Shown: one piece after another, positions 38,316 through 48,212 of the stretch
How the letters are laid out: each line of letters opens with the position of its first letter
How positions within the stretch are numbered: the first letter of the stretch is position 1
NCBI GenBank assembly: GCA_018660505.1
Contig: JABJKE010000034.1
Location: 23,114-87,113, forward strand
DNA length: 64,000 nt
Source of the DNA: Rhodobiaceae bacterium
GTDB lineage: Bacteria; Pseudomonadota; Alphaproteobacteria; RS24
Direction: 5' to 3'
Made by a program: the position numbers and the translations under genes
The notes under the pieces: generated by a model
Databases searched by the model: none
The model's input: only the letters and a program-made list of their open reading frames with translations
What the model was told of the DNA's origin: nothing

Positions 38316-40034
38316 GTGCGTAAAACCAAAGCTCAAGCGGGCTCAAAAACAGCTAAATCAATTCCCCTTTGGCCGCGGTCATGGTCGCAGTCATGGTCGC
38401 GGTCAGCTTCGGCGTCATGTTCGGCGTCAGTGGCGGTTCGATACGAGCGCCAATTTCGGGGGCTTTTGTTGGCGGGGGCCGTGCCCTTGCTGCTGGCTTT
38501 GGCGGCCTGTGGCGGCGGCAAATCAAAACCCGCAGGCGCCAGCGTGCCAGAGCCGCCCGCCGCCAGCGACGTGGAAGTGCATCTGCCTGCCGTGCCCGTT
38601 GGCTGGCAAACCGATAGATCGGTTTGGGCGGCACATTCTGAGTATCAAGGGCAGGCGGGTCTGGCGACGCTTCATGCCGATTATGCTTACGCCAAGGCCA
38701 TCACCGGCCAAGGCATCACCATCGGCTTTATCGATACCGGGTTGGACGCGACGCATTCTGAGTTCAGCGATAAAACCATCGCGCTGAACGACCGCTCGGG
38801 GCTGGAGAGTGCCAATCAAGCGCAGTTGAAACATGGCACCGCCGTGGCCTCGGTTGCTTTGGGCGCGCGCGGCCATGGCAGCGGTATGCACGGCGTGGCT
38901 TTTGACGCCAATCCCGCCATGTGGAGCTTGCACTTGGAGGATGGCTTTTTAACCATTCATGACACGGTTTTGACCAAAGCCACCAAGGCCTTGGAGGGGG
39001 TCGGCGCGCGCATTATCAACCAGAGTTGGGGGTATAATAGCACGCTAAACCCAGACCTTATCGACAGCCAACGGGCTTTCCTGCGCCAAAGCTATGGCAA
39101 TTTTTTGACCCAGATGCGGCAGGGCAAGGCCATACATGTTTGGGCGGCGGGCAATGAAGCCGCGGCGCAAGTTTCTGTTTCTGCCGCTTGGCCGATTATC
39201 TTTCCAGAGCTTGCGGGCTATGCCATTGCCGTTGCCGCGCTGGATGGCGATGGCACGATAGGTCGCCAAACCAATCATTGCGGCGCGGCCCGCAATCATT
39301 GTCTTGCAGCCCCGGGCGGGGTCGCCGCCGGTGCCAGCGCATATACGCGTGTCGCGCGCGCCGGCGGCGGATACCGCTTTGGCTATGGCACCAGCTATGC
39401 CGCACCATTTGTCTCCGGCGTGCTGGCGCTGATGATGCAGGCCTATGGCGACCAACTCAGTTTGCCCGAATATACGGCGCGCCTTTTGGGCACAGCAAAT
39501 AAGACAGGCATTTATGCCGATGCGTCGATTTACGGCCAAGGGCTGGTGGATGTCCAAGCCGCTTTGGCGCCCTATGGGGAGACGCATATTCCGCTGCCTG
39601 CCGGTGGGGTGGCGGGGCCTTCGGAAACCAAAATCACCGATGGCGATTTGCCGCGCGAGATGTTGGATCGCTTGCGGCAAGAAAAGATCATCATTATCGA
39701 CGCTTTGGATACGCCGTTTGAAACCTCGCTTATCAGCCCCCAATCGGCGCTCTCACAAATGACAGCAGCGCGCTGGTTGCCCCCACAAGCGGCCAGCGCA
39801 GAGCCGGCTCAACATCCTTTTCTGGCCCGTCTCATGGCCCCGAATGGCGATATCGTCTCGTCGGCCTCCTGGCAGGTTTTGCCTTGGCAGCCATCGCGCG
39901 AGAAAGGTCGGCCTGCGCCCTCTGCCATTGGCTTTGCGGCTCGGCGCCCTTTGGCCCATCAGGCAGGGCATCTCCAGCTCGCTTGGGTTGCCGAGCAAGA
40001 GAGTTTGCTGGCGTCAGCGGGTGAGGGGGGGTGA
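38316..40034 (+). CDS. S8 (subtilisin) family serine peptidase, predicted lipoprotein; probably truncated by a frameshift at its 3' end
   Basis: - Catalytic triad contexts: GFIDTGLDATHSEF (Asp), HGTAVASVALG (His), GTSYAAPFVSGVLALM (Ser).
- Lipoprotein signal RQFRGLLLAGAVPLLLALAAC.
- The real start is probably the in-frame GTG at 38430 rather than 38316.
- The ORF ends inside a G7 tract at 40025..40031. Confidence 0.85.
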   Translation: MRKTKAQAGSKTAKSIPLWPRSWSQSWSRSASASCSASVAVRYERQFRGLLLAGAVPLLLALAACGGGKSKPAGASVPEPPAASDVEVHLPAVPVGWQTDRSVWAAHSEYQGQAGLATLHADYAYAKAITGQGITIGFIDTGLDATHSEFSDKTIALNDRSGLESANQAQLKHGTAVASVALGARGHGSGMHGVAFDANPAMWSLHLEDGFLTIHDTVLTKATKALEGVGARIINQSWGYNSTLNPDLIDSQRAFLRQSYGNFLTQMRQGKAIHVWAAGNEAAAQVSVSAAWPIIFPELAGYAIAVAALDGDGTIGRQTNHCGAARNHCLAAPGGVAAGASAYTRVARAGGGYRFGYGTSYAAPFVSGVLALMMQAYGDQLSLPEYTARLLGTANKTGIYADASIYGQGLVDVQAALAPYGETHIPLPAGGVAGPSETKITDGDLPREMLDRLRQEKIIIIDALDTPFETSLISPQSALSQMTAARWLPPQAASAEPAQHPFLARLMAPNGDIVSSASWQVLPWQPSREKGRPAPSAIGFAARRPLAHQAGHLQLAWVAEQESLLASAGEGG

Positions 40035-40462
40035 AATTTGGCCCCGCCTTTAGCGGTTTGTTTTCGCTGCATCGCAAAATAGCTTTTGGTCAAAATATTC
40101 TGCGCCTCGATGCGCATTTGAGCCTCAGTCAATTGCACGGCGCGCGCGATAGTTTGTTGATGGGCAGCACGCGGGCGGTGGCGACTTCGTTGAGCTTGGC
40201 TTGGGAGCGCGCGTCATTGCGCTTTTTGCTTCGCCAGCCCACGTATTTTGAAACTGGAGAGCTGCAATTATCTCTGCCCTATAAGCGGGTGGCGGGCGGC
40301 GGTGTTTTGTTTCGCGATAAACCGTTTTCCATGCAAGCGCCGCAACGCCCGTTTGAAATGGCGATTTTGCGGGTCACCGACCGCCATCAATTTGGGCTGC
40401 GCTTAGAAAAACAAGCGGGCCTGCCAAAGCAGATAAGCTTGGGGGTGATAAGGCGGTTTTAA
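40031..40462 (+). CDS. C-terminal beta-barrel-like fragment, probably the 3' part of the S8 peptidase gene
   Basis: 143 aa with alternating hydrophobic strands (LRLDAHLSLSQL, ATSLSLAWERASLRFLL, EMAILRVTDRHQFGLRLE) and terminal ..GVIRRF (C-terminal Phe as in outer-membrane barrels). One extra G in the 40025..40031 tract puts it in frame with the upstream ORF. Confidence 0.55.
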   Translation: MKFGPAFSGLFSLHRKIAFGQNILRLDAHLSLSQLHGARDSLLMGSTRAVATSLSLAWERASLRFLLRQPTYFETGELQLSLPYKRVAGGGVLFRDKPFSMQAPQRPFEMAILRVTDRHQFGLRLEKQAGLPKQISLGVIRRF

Positions 40463-41451
40463 TCGTTCAGCAATTTGGCGGCCTCAAAGGCGAAATAGCT
40501 CAGCACGCCATCGGCGCCCGCGCGTTTAAACGACATCAGGCTTTCCAAAATAACCCGATCGCGGTCGAGCCAATCGCGCTCGATGGCGCCCGCCAACATG
40601 GCGTATTCGCCAGACACTTGATAGGCAAAGGTCGGCACGGCGAATTGTTTTTTGCACGCCGCCACAATATCGAGATAGGGCATCCCCGGTTTGACCATCA
40701 CCATATCGGCGCCCTCGGAAATATCGAGGGCAATCTCTTGCATGGCTTCTTGCGCATTGGCGGGGTCCATTTGATAGGTTTTCTTGTCGCCCTTCAGGCG
40801 GTCGCCTGAGCCGACGGCCTCGCGAAACGGCCCGTAAAACGCCGACGCATATTTGGCGCTATAGGCCATAATCAGTGTGTTCTGATGGCCGCTTGATTCT
40901 AACTCGCGGCGGATGGCGCCAATGCGTCCGTCCATCATGTCCGACGGCGCGATGATATCGCAGCCGGCCGCCACTTGGTTGAGCGTTTGGCCCACCAAAA
41001 TATCGACGGTGGCATCGTTTAAAATTGTCTCTCCGTCCAACAAGCCGTCATGGCCGTGGTCGGTATAGGGGTCGAGGGCGACGTCGCATAAAATGCCAAT
41101 TTCAGGCACGGCGTCTTTAATGGCGCGCGTCGCACGGCAGACTAAATTGTCGGGGTTTAAGGCCTCATGGCCGTCGTCGGTGCGCGCGCTGGCCGGGGTG
41201 TTGGGGAACAGCGCAATGACCGGAATACCAAGACTGGCGGCCTGTTTGGCGGCATCGACCGCAAGGTCAATGCTCATCCGCAAAACACCGGGCATAGAGG
41301 CCACGGCTTGTGTTTCCTGTTCGCCTTCGATGATGAAAATCGGCCAAATTAAATCCGCCACGCTGAGGCTGGTTTCACCGACCAAACGGCGCGACCAATC
41401 GGCTTGGCGCAAACGGCGCATGCGGGTGGCGGGAAATTGGCGTTGTGTCAT
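40459..41451 (-). CDS. hemB: porphobilinogen synthase (delta-aminolevulinate dehydratase)
   Basis: 330 aa. RMRRLR near the N-terminus, VMVKPGMPYLDIV (Schiff-base Lys) and YQVSGEYAM motifs. Confidence 0.93.
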   Translation of the reverse strand: MTQRQFPATRMRRLRQADWSRRLVGETSLSVADLIWPIFIIEGEQETQAVASMPGVLRMSIDLAVDAAKQAASLGIPVIALFPNTPASARTDDGHEALNPDNLVCRATRAIKDAVPEIGILCDVALDPYTDHGHDGLLDGETILNDATVDILVGQTLNQVAAGCDIIAPSDMMDGRIGAIRRELESSGHQNTLIMAYSAKYASAFYGPFREAVGSGDRLKGDKKTYQMDPANAQEAMQEIALDISEGADMVMVKPGMPYLDIVAACKKQFAVPTFAYQVSGEYAMLAGAIERDWLDRDRVILESLMSFKRAGADGVLSYFAFEAAKLLND

Positions 41452-41574
41452 AAGCGGGCCCTTCGAACTTGTGTTTCTTTACATAGCCTGACTATAGCCT
41501 TGGAGCAAGATTAGCCTTATCTTGTGTCAGCTTATAAAAAGCGGCATAACGTCAGTCTGTGTGGGAGGGAAAAC

Positions 41575-42702
41575 ATGTTGGACGAACAGCAAATTGCGAT
41601 TCAAGATATGGCACGCGGATTTGCCGCTGAACAATTGGCGCCCTTTGCCAAACAATGGGACGAAGAAAAACATTTCCCCGTCGATACATTGCGCGAGATG
41701 GCGCAGCTTGGTTTTGCGGGCATTTATTTACAAGAAGAACACGGCGGCTCTGGCTTATCGCGCTTTGAAGCGGCGCTGATTTTCGAAGCGCTATCGGGCG
41801 GCTGCACCTCCACGGCGGCCTTTATGACCATTCACAATATGGCCAGCTGGATGGTCGATAGTTTCGGCAATGAAGCGCAGCGCGCCAAATATGTGCCGCA
41901 GCTGACCTCCATGGAAAAAATTGCCAGCTATTGCCTCACCGAGCCGGGCTCTGGCTCCGATGCGGGCGCCATGCGCAGCCGCGCCGTGCGCGATGGCGAT
42001 GACTATATCTTGAACGGCTCTAAGGCGTTTATCTCGGGCGCTGGGGTTTCGGATATCTATGTGGCCATGGTGCGCACAGGCGACGATGGCCCCAAAGGGG
42101 TTTCGTGTTTTATTATCGAAAAAGACACGCCCGGGCTTTCCTTCGGTGCCAATGAAAAGAAAATGGGCTGGCACAGTCAGCCGACCGCGCAAGTGATTTT
42201 CGAAGATTGCCGCGTGCCAGTTGAAAACCGCATTGGCGAAGAGGGCGAGGGCTTTAAATTCGCCATGATGGGGCTAGACGGCGGCCGCCTCAACATCGCT
42301 GCTTGTTCGCTCGGCACGGCGCAAAGCGCTTATGAAAAGGCAGTGGACTATGCCAAAGACCGCGAGCAATTTGGCCACTCGATTGCCGAGTTTCAAGCCA
42401 TTCAATTTAAACTGGCCGACATGGCCACCGACCTAGAGGCGGCGCGTCTGATGCTCTATCACGCGGCCAAAAACCTCGATGCGGGCGACCCGAGCAAAAC
42501 CCGCAAGTCAGCCATGGCCAAACGTTTTGTCACCGATAGCTGCTTTCAAGTGGCCAATGAAGCGCTGCAAATTCATGGCGGTTATGGCTATTTGGCTGAC
42601 TATGAAATTGAACGCATGGTGCGCGATTTGCGGGTTCATCAAATCCTCGAAGGCACCAATGAAATCATGCGCGTTATCATTGCGCGCGATATTTTAAAGT
42701 AG
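41575..42702 (+). CDS. acyl-CoA dehydrogenase (isobutyryl-CoA dehydrogenase-like)
   Basis: ORF 41524..42702; ATG 41575 after GGGAGGGA. CLTEPGSGSD, QIHGGYGY and ILEGTNEI motifs. Clustered with valine-catabolism genes. Confidence 0.88.
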   Translation: MLDEQQIAIQDMARGFAAEQLAPFAKQWDEEKHFPVDTLREMAQLGFAGIYLQEEHGGSGLSRFEAALIFEALSGGCTSTAAFMTIHNMASWMVDSFGNEAQRAKYVPQLTSMEKIASYCLTEPGSGSDAGAMRSRAVRDGDDYILNGSKAFISGAGVSDIYVAMVRTGDDGPKGVSCFIIEKDTPGLSFGANEKKMGWHSQPTAQVIFEDCRVPVENRIGEEGEGFKFAMMGLDGGRLNIAACSLGTAQSAYEKAVDYAKDREQFGHSIAEFQAIQFKLADMATDLEAARLMLYHAAKNLDAGDPSKTRKSAMAKRFVTDSCFQVANEALQIHGGYGYLADYEIERMVRDLRVHQILEGTNEIMRVIIARDILK

Positions 42703-42706
42703 ACCT

Positions 42707-43738
42707 ATGACCCCTGAAGTTATTTTTGAAACGCGCGGCAAAAGCGGCCTCATCACGCTCAATCGGCCCGAGGCGTTGAATGCGCTCACCTTAACCATGG
42801 TGCGCGAGATAAGCCCCGTATTGGCCGCCTGGGCGCAAGACGAGGCGATTGAAAACATCGTCATCGAAGGGGCGGGCGAAAAAGGTTTTTGCGCGGGCGG
42901 CGATATTCGCGCCTTGCACGATTGGGGAAAATCGGGCGCACCCGAGGCGACCGGATTTTACCGCGAGGAATATCAGCTCAACCATAGAATTAAGCATTTT
43001 CCCAAACCCTATATTGCGCTCATCGATGGCATTACCATGGGCGGCGGCGTGGGGGTTTCGGTGCATGGGCGCTATCGGGTGGCGACGCCGCGCACGTTAT
43101 TTGCCATGCCGGAAAGCGGCATCGGCCTATTGCCAGACGTAGGGGGTACGTATTTTCTGCCGCGTTTAGCCGGCGAGACCGGCGCTTGGTTGGTGCTCAC
43201 GGGCGCGCGCTTGCGCGGCGGCGATGCTTTCGCGGCCGGCGTGGCGACGCATTATATGGCTTCCGAGGGGTTGGAAAACCTGAAAGCCAATTTGGCCGAG
43301 GGCGGCGACGTGAAAGCTATTTTGGACGCGCACCATCAAGCTCCGGAGGGTCTGTCTTTGCCAGAACAACAAGGCGATATCGACCGCTTGTTTCAAGGCC
43401 AGAGCGTGGTGGAAATTTTGGCGGCACTCGACGCCGATGCCAGCCCATGGGCAAAAAAACAAAGCGAAGCTGTGCGCGCCAAATCGCCGATCAGCGCGGC
43501 GGTGGCTTTGCGCCAAATGCGCGAAGGGCGCCATGCCGATTTCGAGGCCTGTCTTCGTATGGAAATGCGCGCCGTCACGCGCATGATGGCTTTGCCTGAT
43601 TTTTACGAGGGCGTGCGGGCCACGATTATTGAAAAAACCGGCGCGCCCGTCTGGTCGCCGGCCACCCATGAGGCGGTTACAGCGCAACAAATAGACGCTA
43701 TTTTTGCGCCTCTGGGCGAGGATGAATTGCAGTTTTAA
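42707..43738 (+). CDS. enoyl-CoA hydratase family protein, 3-hydroxyisobutyryl-CoA hydrolase-like
   Basis: 343 aa. GEKGFCAGGDIRAL and ALIDGITMGGGVG crotonase motifs, with the long C-terminal extension typical of HIBCH. Confidence 0.82.
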   Translation: MTPEVIFETRGKSGLITLNRPEALNALTLTMVREISPVLAAWAQDEAIENIVIEGAGEKGFCAGGDIRALHDWGKSGAPEATGFYREEYQLNHRIKHFPKPYIALIDGITMGGGVGVSVHGRYRVATPRTLFAMPESGIGLLPDVGGTYFLPRLAGETGAWLVLTGARLRGGDAFAAGVATHYMASEGLENLKANLAEGGDVKAILDAHHQAPEGLSLPEQQGDIDRLFQGQSVVEILAALDADASPWAKKQSEAVRAKSPISAAVALRQMREGRHADFEACLRMEMRAVTRMMALPDFYEGVRATIIEKTGAPVWSPATHEAVTAQQIDAIFAPLGEDELQF

Positions 43739-43753
43739 AATAAGGAAAAGACT

Positions 43754-44641
43754 ATGAGCACTATCGGATTTATCGGGCTGGGCAATATGGGGCTTCCCAT
43801 GGCCATTAATCTCACCGCCAACCATAGCGTCACGGGCTTTGATTTATCGGCCGACGCGAAAGCCGCTTTAGTGGCCGCGGGCGGCTCGGCGGCCGAGACC
43901 ATTGAACAAGCGGTCGCCCGTGCCGATGTCGTGGTATCCATGTTGCCCGCGGGCAAACATGTCGAGAGCGTCTATTTGGCGGAAACGGGGGTTCTGGCTC
44001 ATGCCAAGGCGGGCACGCTGCTGATCGACAGCTCGACGATTGACGTCGATACGGCGCGTAAAACCTCTGCCGCCGCCGCGCAGGCTGGATTCACCATGGT
44101 CGATGCGCCTGTTTCGGGCGGCGTGGGCGGTGCCAGTGCGGGCACGCTGACTTTCATGGTGGGCGGTGCGCCAGAGGGCTTTGCGGGGGCCAAACCCTAT
44201 TTGGAAATAATGGGAAAAAACATTTTCCACGCGGGCGGTCCCGGCAATGGGCAAGTAGCGAAAATTTGCAATAATATGCTGCTGGGCATTTCCATGGTCG
44301 GCACGGCAGAGGCTTTTATGTTGGGCGAGAAACTGGGGCTCGATGCGCAAACCTTGTTTGATATTTCCGCCACCGCCTCTGGCCAATGCTGGTCGATGAC
44401 CAGCTATTGTCCGGTGCCCGGCCCGGTGCCGACGAGCCCGGCCAATCATGATTATAAAGCAGGCTTTGCAGCGGCCATGATGTTAAAAGATTTAGGGCTG
44501 GCGCAAGAGGCCTCGAGCAGTGCCGAGTGCGAAACCCCCATGGGCCAACGCGCCATGCAGCTATATTCGCAAATGGCAGAGAAAGGCGAGGGCGAGCTCG
44601 ACTTCTCTGGCATTATTAAAATGTTACGCGGGGATTTCTAG
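43754..44641 (+). CDS. mmsB: 3-hydroxyisobutyrate dehydrogenase
   Basis: 295 aa. MSTIGFIGLGNMGLPMA, DAPVSGGVGGA and GNGQVAKICNNM motifs. Confidence 0.88.
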   Translation: MSTIGFIGLGNMGLPMAINLTANHSVTGFDLSADAKAALVAAGGSAAETIEQAVARADVVVSMLPAGKHVESVYLAETGVLAHAKAGTLLIDSSTIDVDTARKTSAAAAQAGFTMVDAPVSGGVGGASAGTLTFMVGGAPEGFAGAKPYLEIMGKNIFHAGGPGNGQVAKICNNMLLGISMVGTAEAFMLGEKLGLDAQTLFDISATASGQCWSMTSYCPVPGPVPTSPANHDYKAGFAAAMMLKDLGLAQEASSSAECETPMGQRAMQLYSQMAEKGEGELDFSGIIKMLRGDF

Positions 44642-45429
44642 CCGAATATTTTTGGCACGAAGCGATTGGTGCGCTGCATATAGTCGGTGTAGCCCGGTTT
44701 CTTTTTCAAACGATATTCGAGCAAATCTGCGCCCGACACTTTGACCAAAAGATAGTTCATCGTCAGCGGCGCAAAAATCGTCCAAATGGCTTCTGGCGTG
44801 GCCGCCACAACGGCGCCATAAATGCCCCACCAAAATAGCGCGTCGCCAAAGTAATTTGGATGGCGCGTGCGTTTCCACCAGCCGCTATCCAGCAGTTCGC
44901 CTTTTTTGGCCGTGGCGCGAAATTGGGTCAGCTGAATATCGGCCATGGTTTCCATGTAAAGCCCGCCCAGCGCAAGGACCAAAAACACAATAGTCAGTCC
45001 TGGCAAAGCGGCGGGGCCAGCAAAATAAAATGCCGCCATGAAGGGCATGGAAACCAGCCACATCAGCAGGCCTTGGAATAAAAATACCGTGAAAATACTG
45101 CGCCACCAAAAATGGTCGCCATGTTTCTTGCGCATGTTTTGATAGCGGTAATCTTCTTCTGGTTCTTTGCGCCAACGGATCAGCAAATGGGTGAACAGAC
45201 GCACCCCCCAAGCCATCACGGCAAGCCCCGTGGCCACAGCCAGCGGGCTTAAATTCTCGCTCGACAGTAGCGTCGTCAGGGCGATGAGCGCATAGCCCAA
45301 GCCCCAAAACATATCAATAATACCAGCATCTCGAAGCACGAGGCTGGCCACCCAAACGCAAGTCAGCATTACAACTATCGTCGCGGCGCCCATCAAAAAG
45401 GGACTTGCAGTAATCATTTCTATCATCAT
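44638..45429 (-). CDS. DUF1295 / steroid 5-alpha-reductase-like membrane protein
   Basis: 263 aa, polytopic. SGWWKRTRHPNYFGDALFWWG motif. Confidence 0.72.
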   Translation of the reverse strand: MMIEMITASPFLMGAATIVVMLTCVWVASLVLRDAGIIDMFWGLGYALIALTTLLSSENLSPLAVATGLAVMAWGVRLFTHLLIRWRKEPEEDYRYQNMRKKHGDHFWWRSIFTVFLFQGLLMWLVSMPFMAAFYFAGPAALPGLTIVFLVLALGGLYMETMADIQLTQFRATAKKGELLDSGWWKRTRHPNYFGDALFWWGIYGAVVAATPEAIWTIFAPLTMNYLLVKVSGADLLEYRLKKKPGYTDYMQRTNRFVPKIFG

Positions 45430-45485
45430 GCTAGGAGCCTAATCTGAATTCTGTGTGCTGTCAGTAAATTTGTAGGAGGTGTCTT

Positions 45486-46256
45486 ATGCGGCCCAAAGCG
45501 GACTATGCCTATCTAGAGCATGACGGCGTTTTGGCCTTTGCGCATCGCGGTGGCGACCGGCGCGCGCCCGAAAACACTCTGGCGGCGTTTCAAGATGCGG
45601 TTGACCAAGGCTACACCTATTTAGAAACCGATGTTCATGCCTCTACCGATGGCGTGGTCTATGCGTTTCATGATGATGACTTGCAGCGCATGGTCGGCGA
45701 ACCCGTGGCCATTAGCACGCTGACCGCCAGCCAAATCGATAAGCTGCGCGTCGAGGGCGGCCATGCCATCCCGCGCATGGCCGATTTATTCGACGCGTTT
45801 CCCAATGCTAAATTTAACATTGATGCGAAAGCTTGGCCGGTGGTCGAACCGCTGTGCGATTTGGTGCAACAGATGCAAACCCATGAGCGCATTTGCATCG
45901 GCTCGTTTTCCGATGGCCGAATTGAAAAAATAGTGCGGCGCTTGGGCAAAGTTTGCCATAGCTTAGGGCCCAAAGGCGCGTTGCGGTTTCGCACGGCGGC
46001 GCTGGTGGGGCGGCGGGTGTCGTTCACGGCAGGGGCGGCGCAATTGCCGGTGCGGCAAGCGGGCGTGCCCATGGTCACCAAAGCCTCTGTGGCCTATGCC
46101 CATAAATGCGGATTGCAGGTGCATGTTTGGACGATTAATTGCGAATCAACCATGCATGAATTGCTCGATATGGGCGTCGATGGCCTGATGACCGATGACT
46201 GCGCGCTGCTGAAAAGCGTTTTGGTGAGCCGCAATCTGTGGGGCGCTGGCCAGTAA
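45486..46256 (+). CDS. glycerophosphodiester phosphodiesterase family protein
   Basis: 256 aa. AHRGG..APENTLAAFQDAVDQGYTYLETDVH..DGV.V.FHD pattern of GDPD enzymes. Confidence 0.82.
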   Translation: MRPKADYAYLEHDGVLAFAHRGGDRRAPENTLAAFQDAVDQGYTYLETDVHASTDGVVYAFHDDDLQRMVGEPVAISTLTASQIDKLRVEGGHAIPRMADLFDAFPNAKFNIDAKAWPVVEPLCDLVQQMQTHERICIGSFSDGRIEKIVRRLGKVCHSLGPKGALRFRTAALVGRRVSFTAGAAQLPVRQAGVPMVTKASVAYAHKCGLQVHVWTINCESTMHELLDMGVDGLMTDDCALLKSVLVSRNLWGAGQ

Positions 46257-46399
46257 ACCTCTGATTTTTGGACAGAACTTGTGCGCGACATAAGACTGCG
46301 GCGAGATGGCCCCTCTCGCGTGTTGGTTCGCTTTGTCGATTGTGCTACATCAGTCGCATCGAGAGTGTCATGCAGCCCCGTTACGAAAGAGGAAGACAG

Positions 46400-47698
46400 A
46401 TGTCGGAATCCAGCAAAATTGAAGTCACAGATAATCCTTTTTTCTCGCAAGATGTCGCCACCAGCGACCCGGCCATTGCCAAAGTCATCGGCCTGGAAAT
46501 GGGGCGCCAGAGAAGCCAAATCGAATTGATTGCGTCGGAAAATATTGCCTCGCGCGCAGTGTTGGAAACGCAAGGCTCTGTGCTGACCAATAAATATGCC
46601 GAGGGCTATCCAGGACGGCGGTATTATGGCGGTTGCGAACATGTCGACATCGCCGAAGCGCTGGCCATCGAGCGGGTGAAAAAACTCTATGATTGCGCTT
46701 ACGCCAATGTACAGCCGAACTCGGGCTCGCAAGCCAACCAAGCGGTCATGCAAGCGCTAATTAAACCCGGCGATACGATTTTGGGCATGAGCTTGGCCGC
46801 AGGCGGTCACTTGACCCATGGCGCCAAGCCCAATCAATCGGGTAAATGGTTCAATGCGGTGCAATATGGCGTGCGCGAAGACAACCATCTTATCGATTAT
46901 GACGAAGTCGCGGCCTTGGCCGAAGAACATAAGCCGCAGCTGATTATTGCTGGTGGCTCGGCCTATCCGCGAGTCATTGATTTCAAACGCTTCCGCGAGA
47001 TTGCCGATAGCGTCGGGGCTTATTTACTGGTTGATATGGCGCATATTTCTGGCCTCGTGGCGGGCGGGGCGCATCCGAGCCCCTTGGCTCATGCCCATGC
47101 GGTGACCACCACCACGCATAAAACCTTGCGCGGACCACGTGGCGGCCTGATTTTGACCAATGATGAAGCGCTGGGCAAAAAGTTTAACTCGGCAATTTTC
47201 CCGGGCATCCAAGGCGGGCCTTTGATGCATGTGATTGCCGCCAAAGCGGTGGCTTTCGGCGAAGCGCTGGAGCCCGACTTTAAGCTATATATTCAGCAAG
47301 TGGTGGCCAATGCCAAAGCGCTGGCCGACAGTCTGATGAGCCATGGTTTTGATATTGTTTCGGGCGGCACAGACAATCATCTGGTGCTGGTTGATTTGCG
47401 CCCCAAAGGTTTAACCGGCAATGTGGCCGAAGAAGCCATGGAGCGGGCGTTTATTACCTGCAATAAAAACGGCATTCCGTTTGACCCGCAACCGCCTGCG
47501 ATCACCTCGGGGGTGCGCCTTGGCACGCCGGCGGGCACGACGCGCGGTTTTGGCGTGGCTGAATTTAAATTGGTGGGCGATTTAATCGCGCGGGTTCTGG
47601 AAGCCGTGGCGGCCAATGGCGGCGAAGCGGCTCCGGAAGAAGAGCAGGCGGTGCGGGCGGAAGTCGAAGCTCTATGCGCCCGCTTCCCGATTTACTAA
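46400..47698 (+). CDS. glyA: serine hydroxymethyltransferase
   Basis: ORF 46268..47698; ATG 46400 after [28 protein letters not shown] and [15 protein letters not shown] (PLP Lys) motifs. Confidence 0.94.
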   Translation: MSESSKIEVTDNPFFSQDVATSDPAIAKVIGLEMGRQRSQIELIASENIASRAVLETQGSVLTNKYAEGYPGRRYYGGCEHVDIAEALAIERVKKLYDCAYANVQPNSGSQANQAVMQALIKPGDTILGMSLAAGGHLTHGAKPNQSGKWFNAVQYGVREDNHLIDYDEVAALAEEHKPQLIIAGGSAYPRVIDFKRFREIADSVGAYLLVDMAHISGLVAGGAHPSPLAHAHAVTTTTHKTLRGPRGGLILTNDEALGKKFNSAIFPGIQGGPLMHVIAAKAVAFGEALEPDFKLYIQQVVANAKALADSLMSHGFDIVSGGTDNHLVLVDLRPKGLTGNVAEEAMERAFITCNKNGIPFDPQPPAITSGVRLGTPAGTTRGFGVAEFKLVGDLIARVLEAVAANGGEAAPEEEQAVRAEVEALCARFPIY

Positions 47699-47722
47699 AG
47701 CGCAAACCTAGAGGAACCCCCT

Positions 47723-48190
47723 ATGCGTTGTCCCTATTGCATGAACGCGGACACACAAGTCAAAGACAGCCGTCCGACGGAAGATAATTCGGTCATTCGG
47801 CGGCGCCGTGTCTGTGCCGATTGTGGGGGGCGCTTTACCACTTTTGAGCGCATTCAATTGCGCGAGCTGACCATTGTCAAAAACACTGGGCGAAAAGTGC
47901 CATTTGAGCGCGATAAGCTTATGCGGTCTGTGCAAATCGCTCTGCGAAAACGCCCCGTTGAGGCCGAACGAATTGAGCGTATGGTTTCTGGGATTGTGCG
48001 GCGTCTAGAGAACCTAGGCGAGACGGAAATCCCGGCTAAAATGGTTGGTGAGTTGGTGATGGAAGGTCTATTCGCGCTCGATCAAGTGGCTTATGTGCGG
48101 TTTGCTTCGGTGTATCGAAACTTCCGCGAAGCCAAAGATTTTGAAGAATTCCTCGGGGAAATGTCGGGCCTGCCGGATGGCGACCTCTAG
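47723..48190 (+). CDS. nrdR: transcriptional repressor NrdR
   Basis: 155 aa. MRCPYC...[18 protein letters not shown] zinc ribbon plus an ATP-cone. Confidence 0.93.
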   Translation: MRCPYCMNADTQVKDSRPTEDNSVIRRRRVCADCGGRFTTFERIQLRELTIVKNTGRKVPFERDKLMRSVQIALRKRPVEAERIERMVSGIVRRLENLGETEIPAKMVGELVMEGLFALDQVAYVRFASVYRNFREAKDFEEFLGEMSGLPDGDL

Positions 48191-48212
48191 CTTCCTCGGT
48201 TAAGAGGCAGCG

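Noticed and set aside
38369-38617. Alternative-frame ORF with a hydrophobic N-terminus (MAAVMVAVMVAVSFGVMFGV...), overlapping the subtilase 5' region.
   Set aside because: It is a translation of the 12-nt tandem repeat in another frame. It continues as Arg/Gly-rich low-complexity sequence and is out of frame with the protease domain. The in-frame lipoprotein signal (LALAAC) is a far better start region.
46257-46399. Possible riboswitch or leader in the ~140-nt region upstream of glyA, and likewise upstream of the rib operon (nrdR-ribD gap).
   Set aside because: I could not recognise conserved ZTP, THF, glycine or FMN riboswitch core motifs by eye. The nrdR-ribD gap is only about 20 nt. An Rfam scan would be needed before making any claim.
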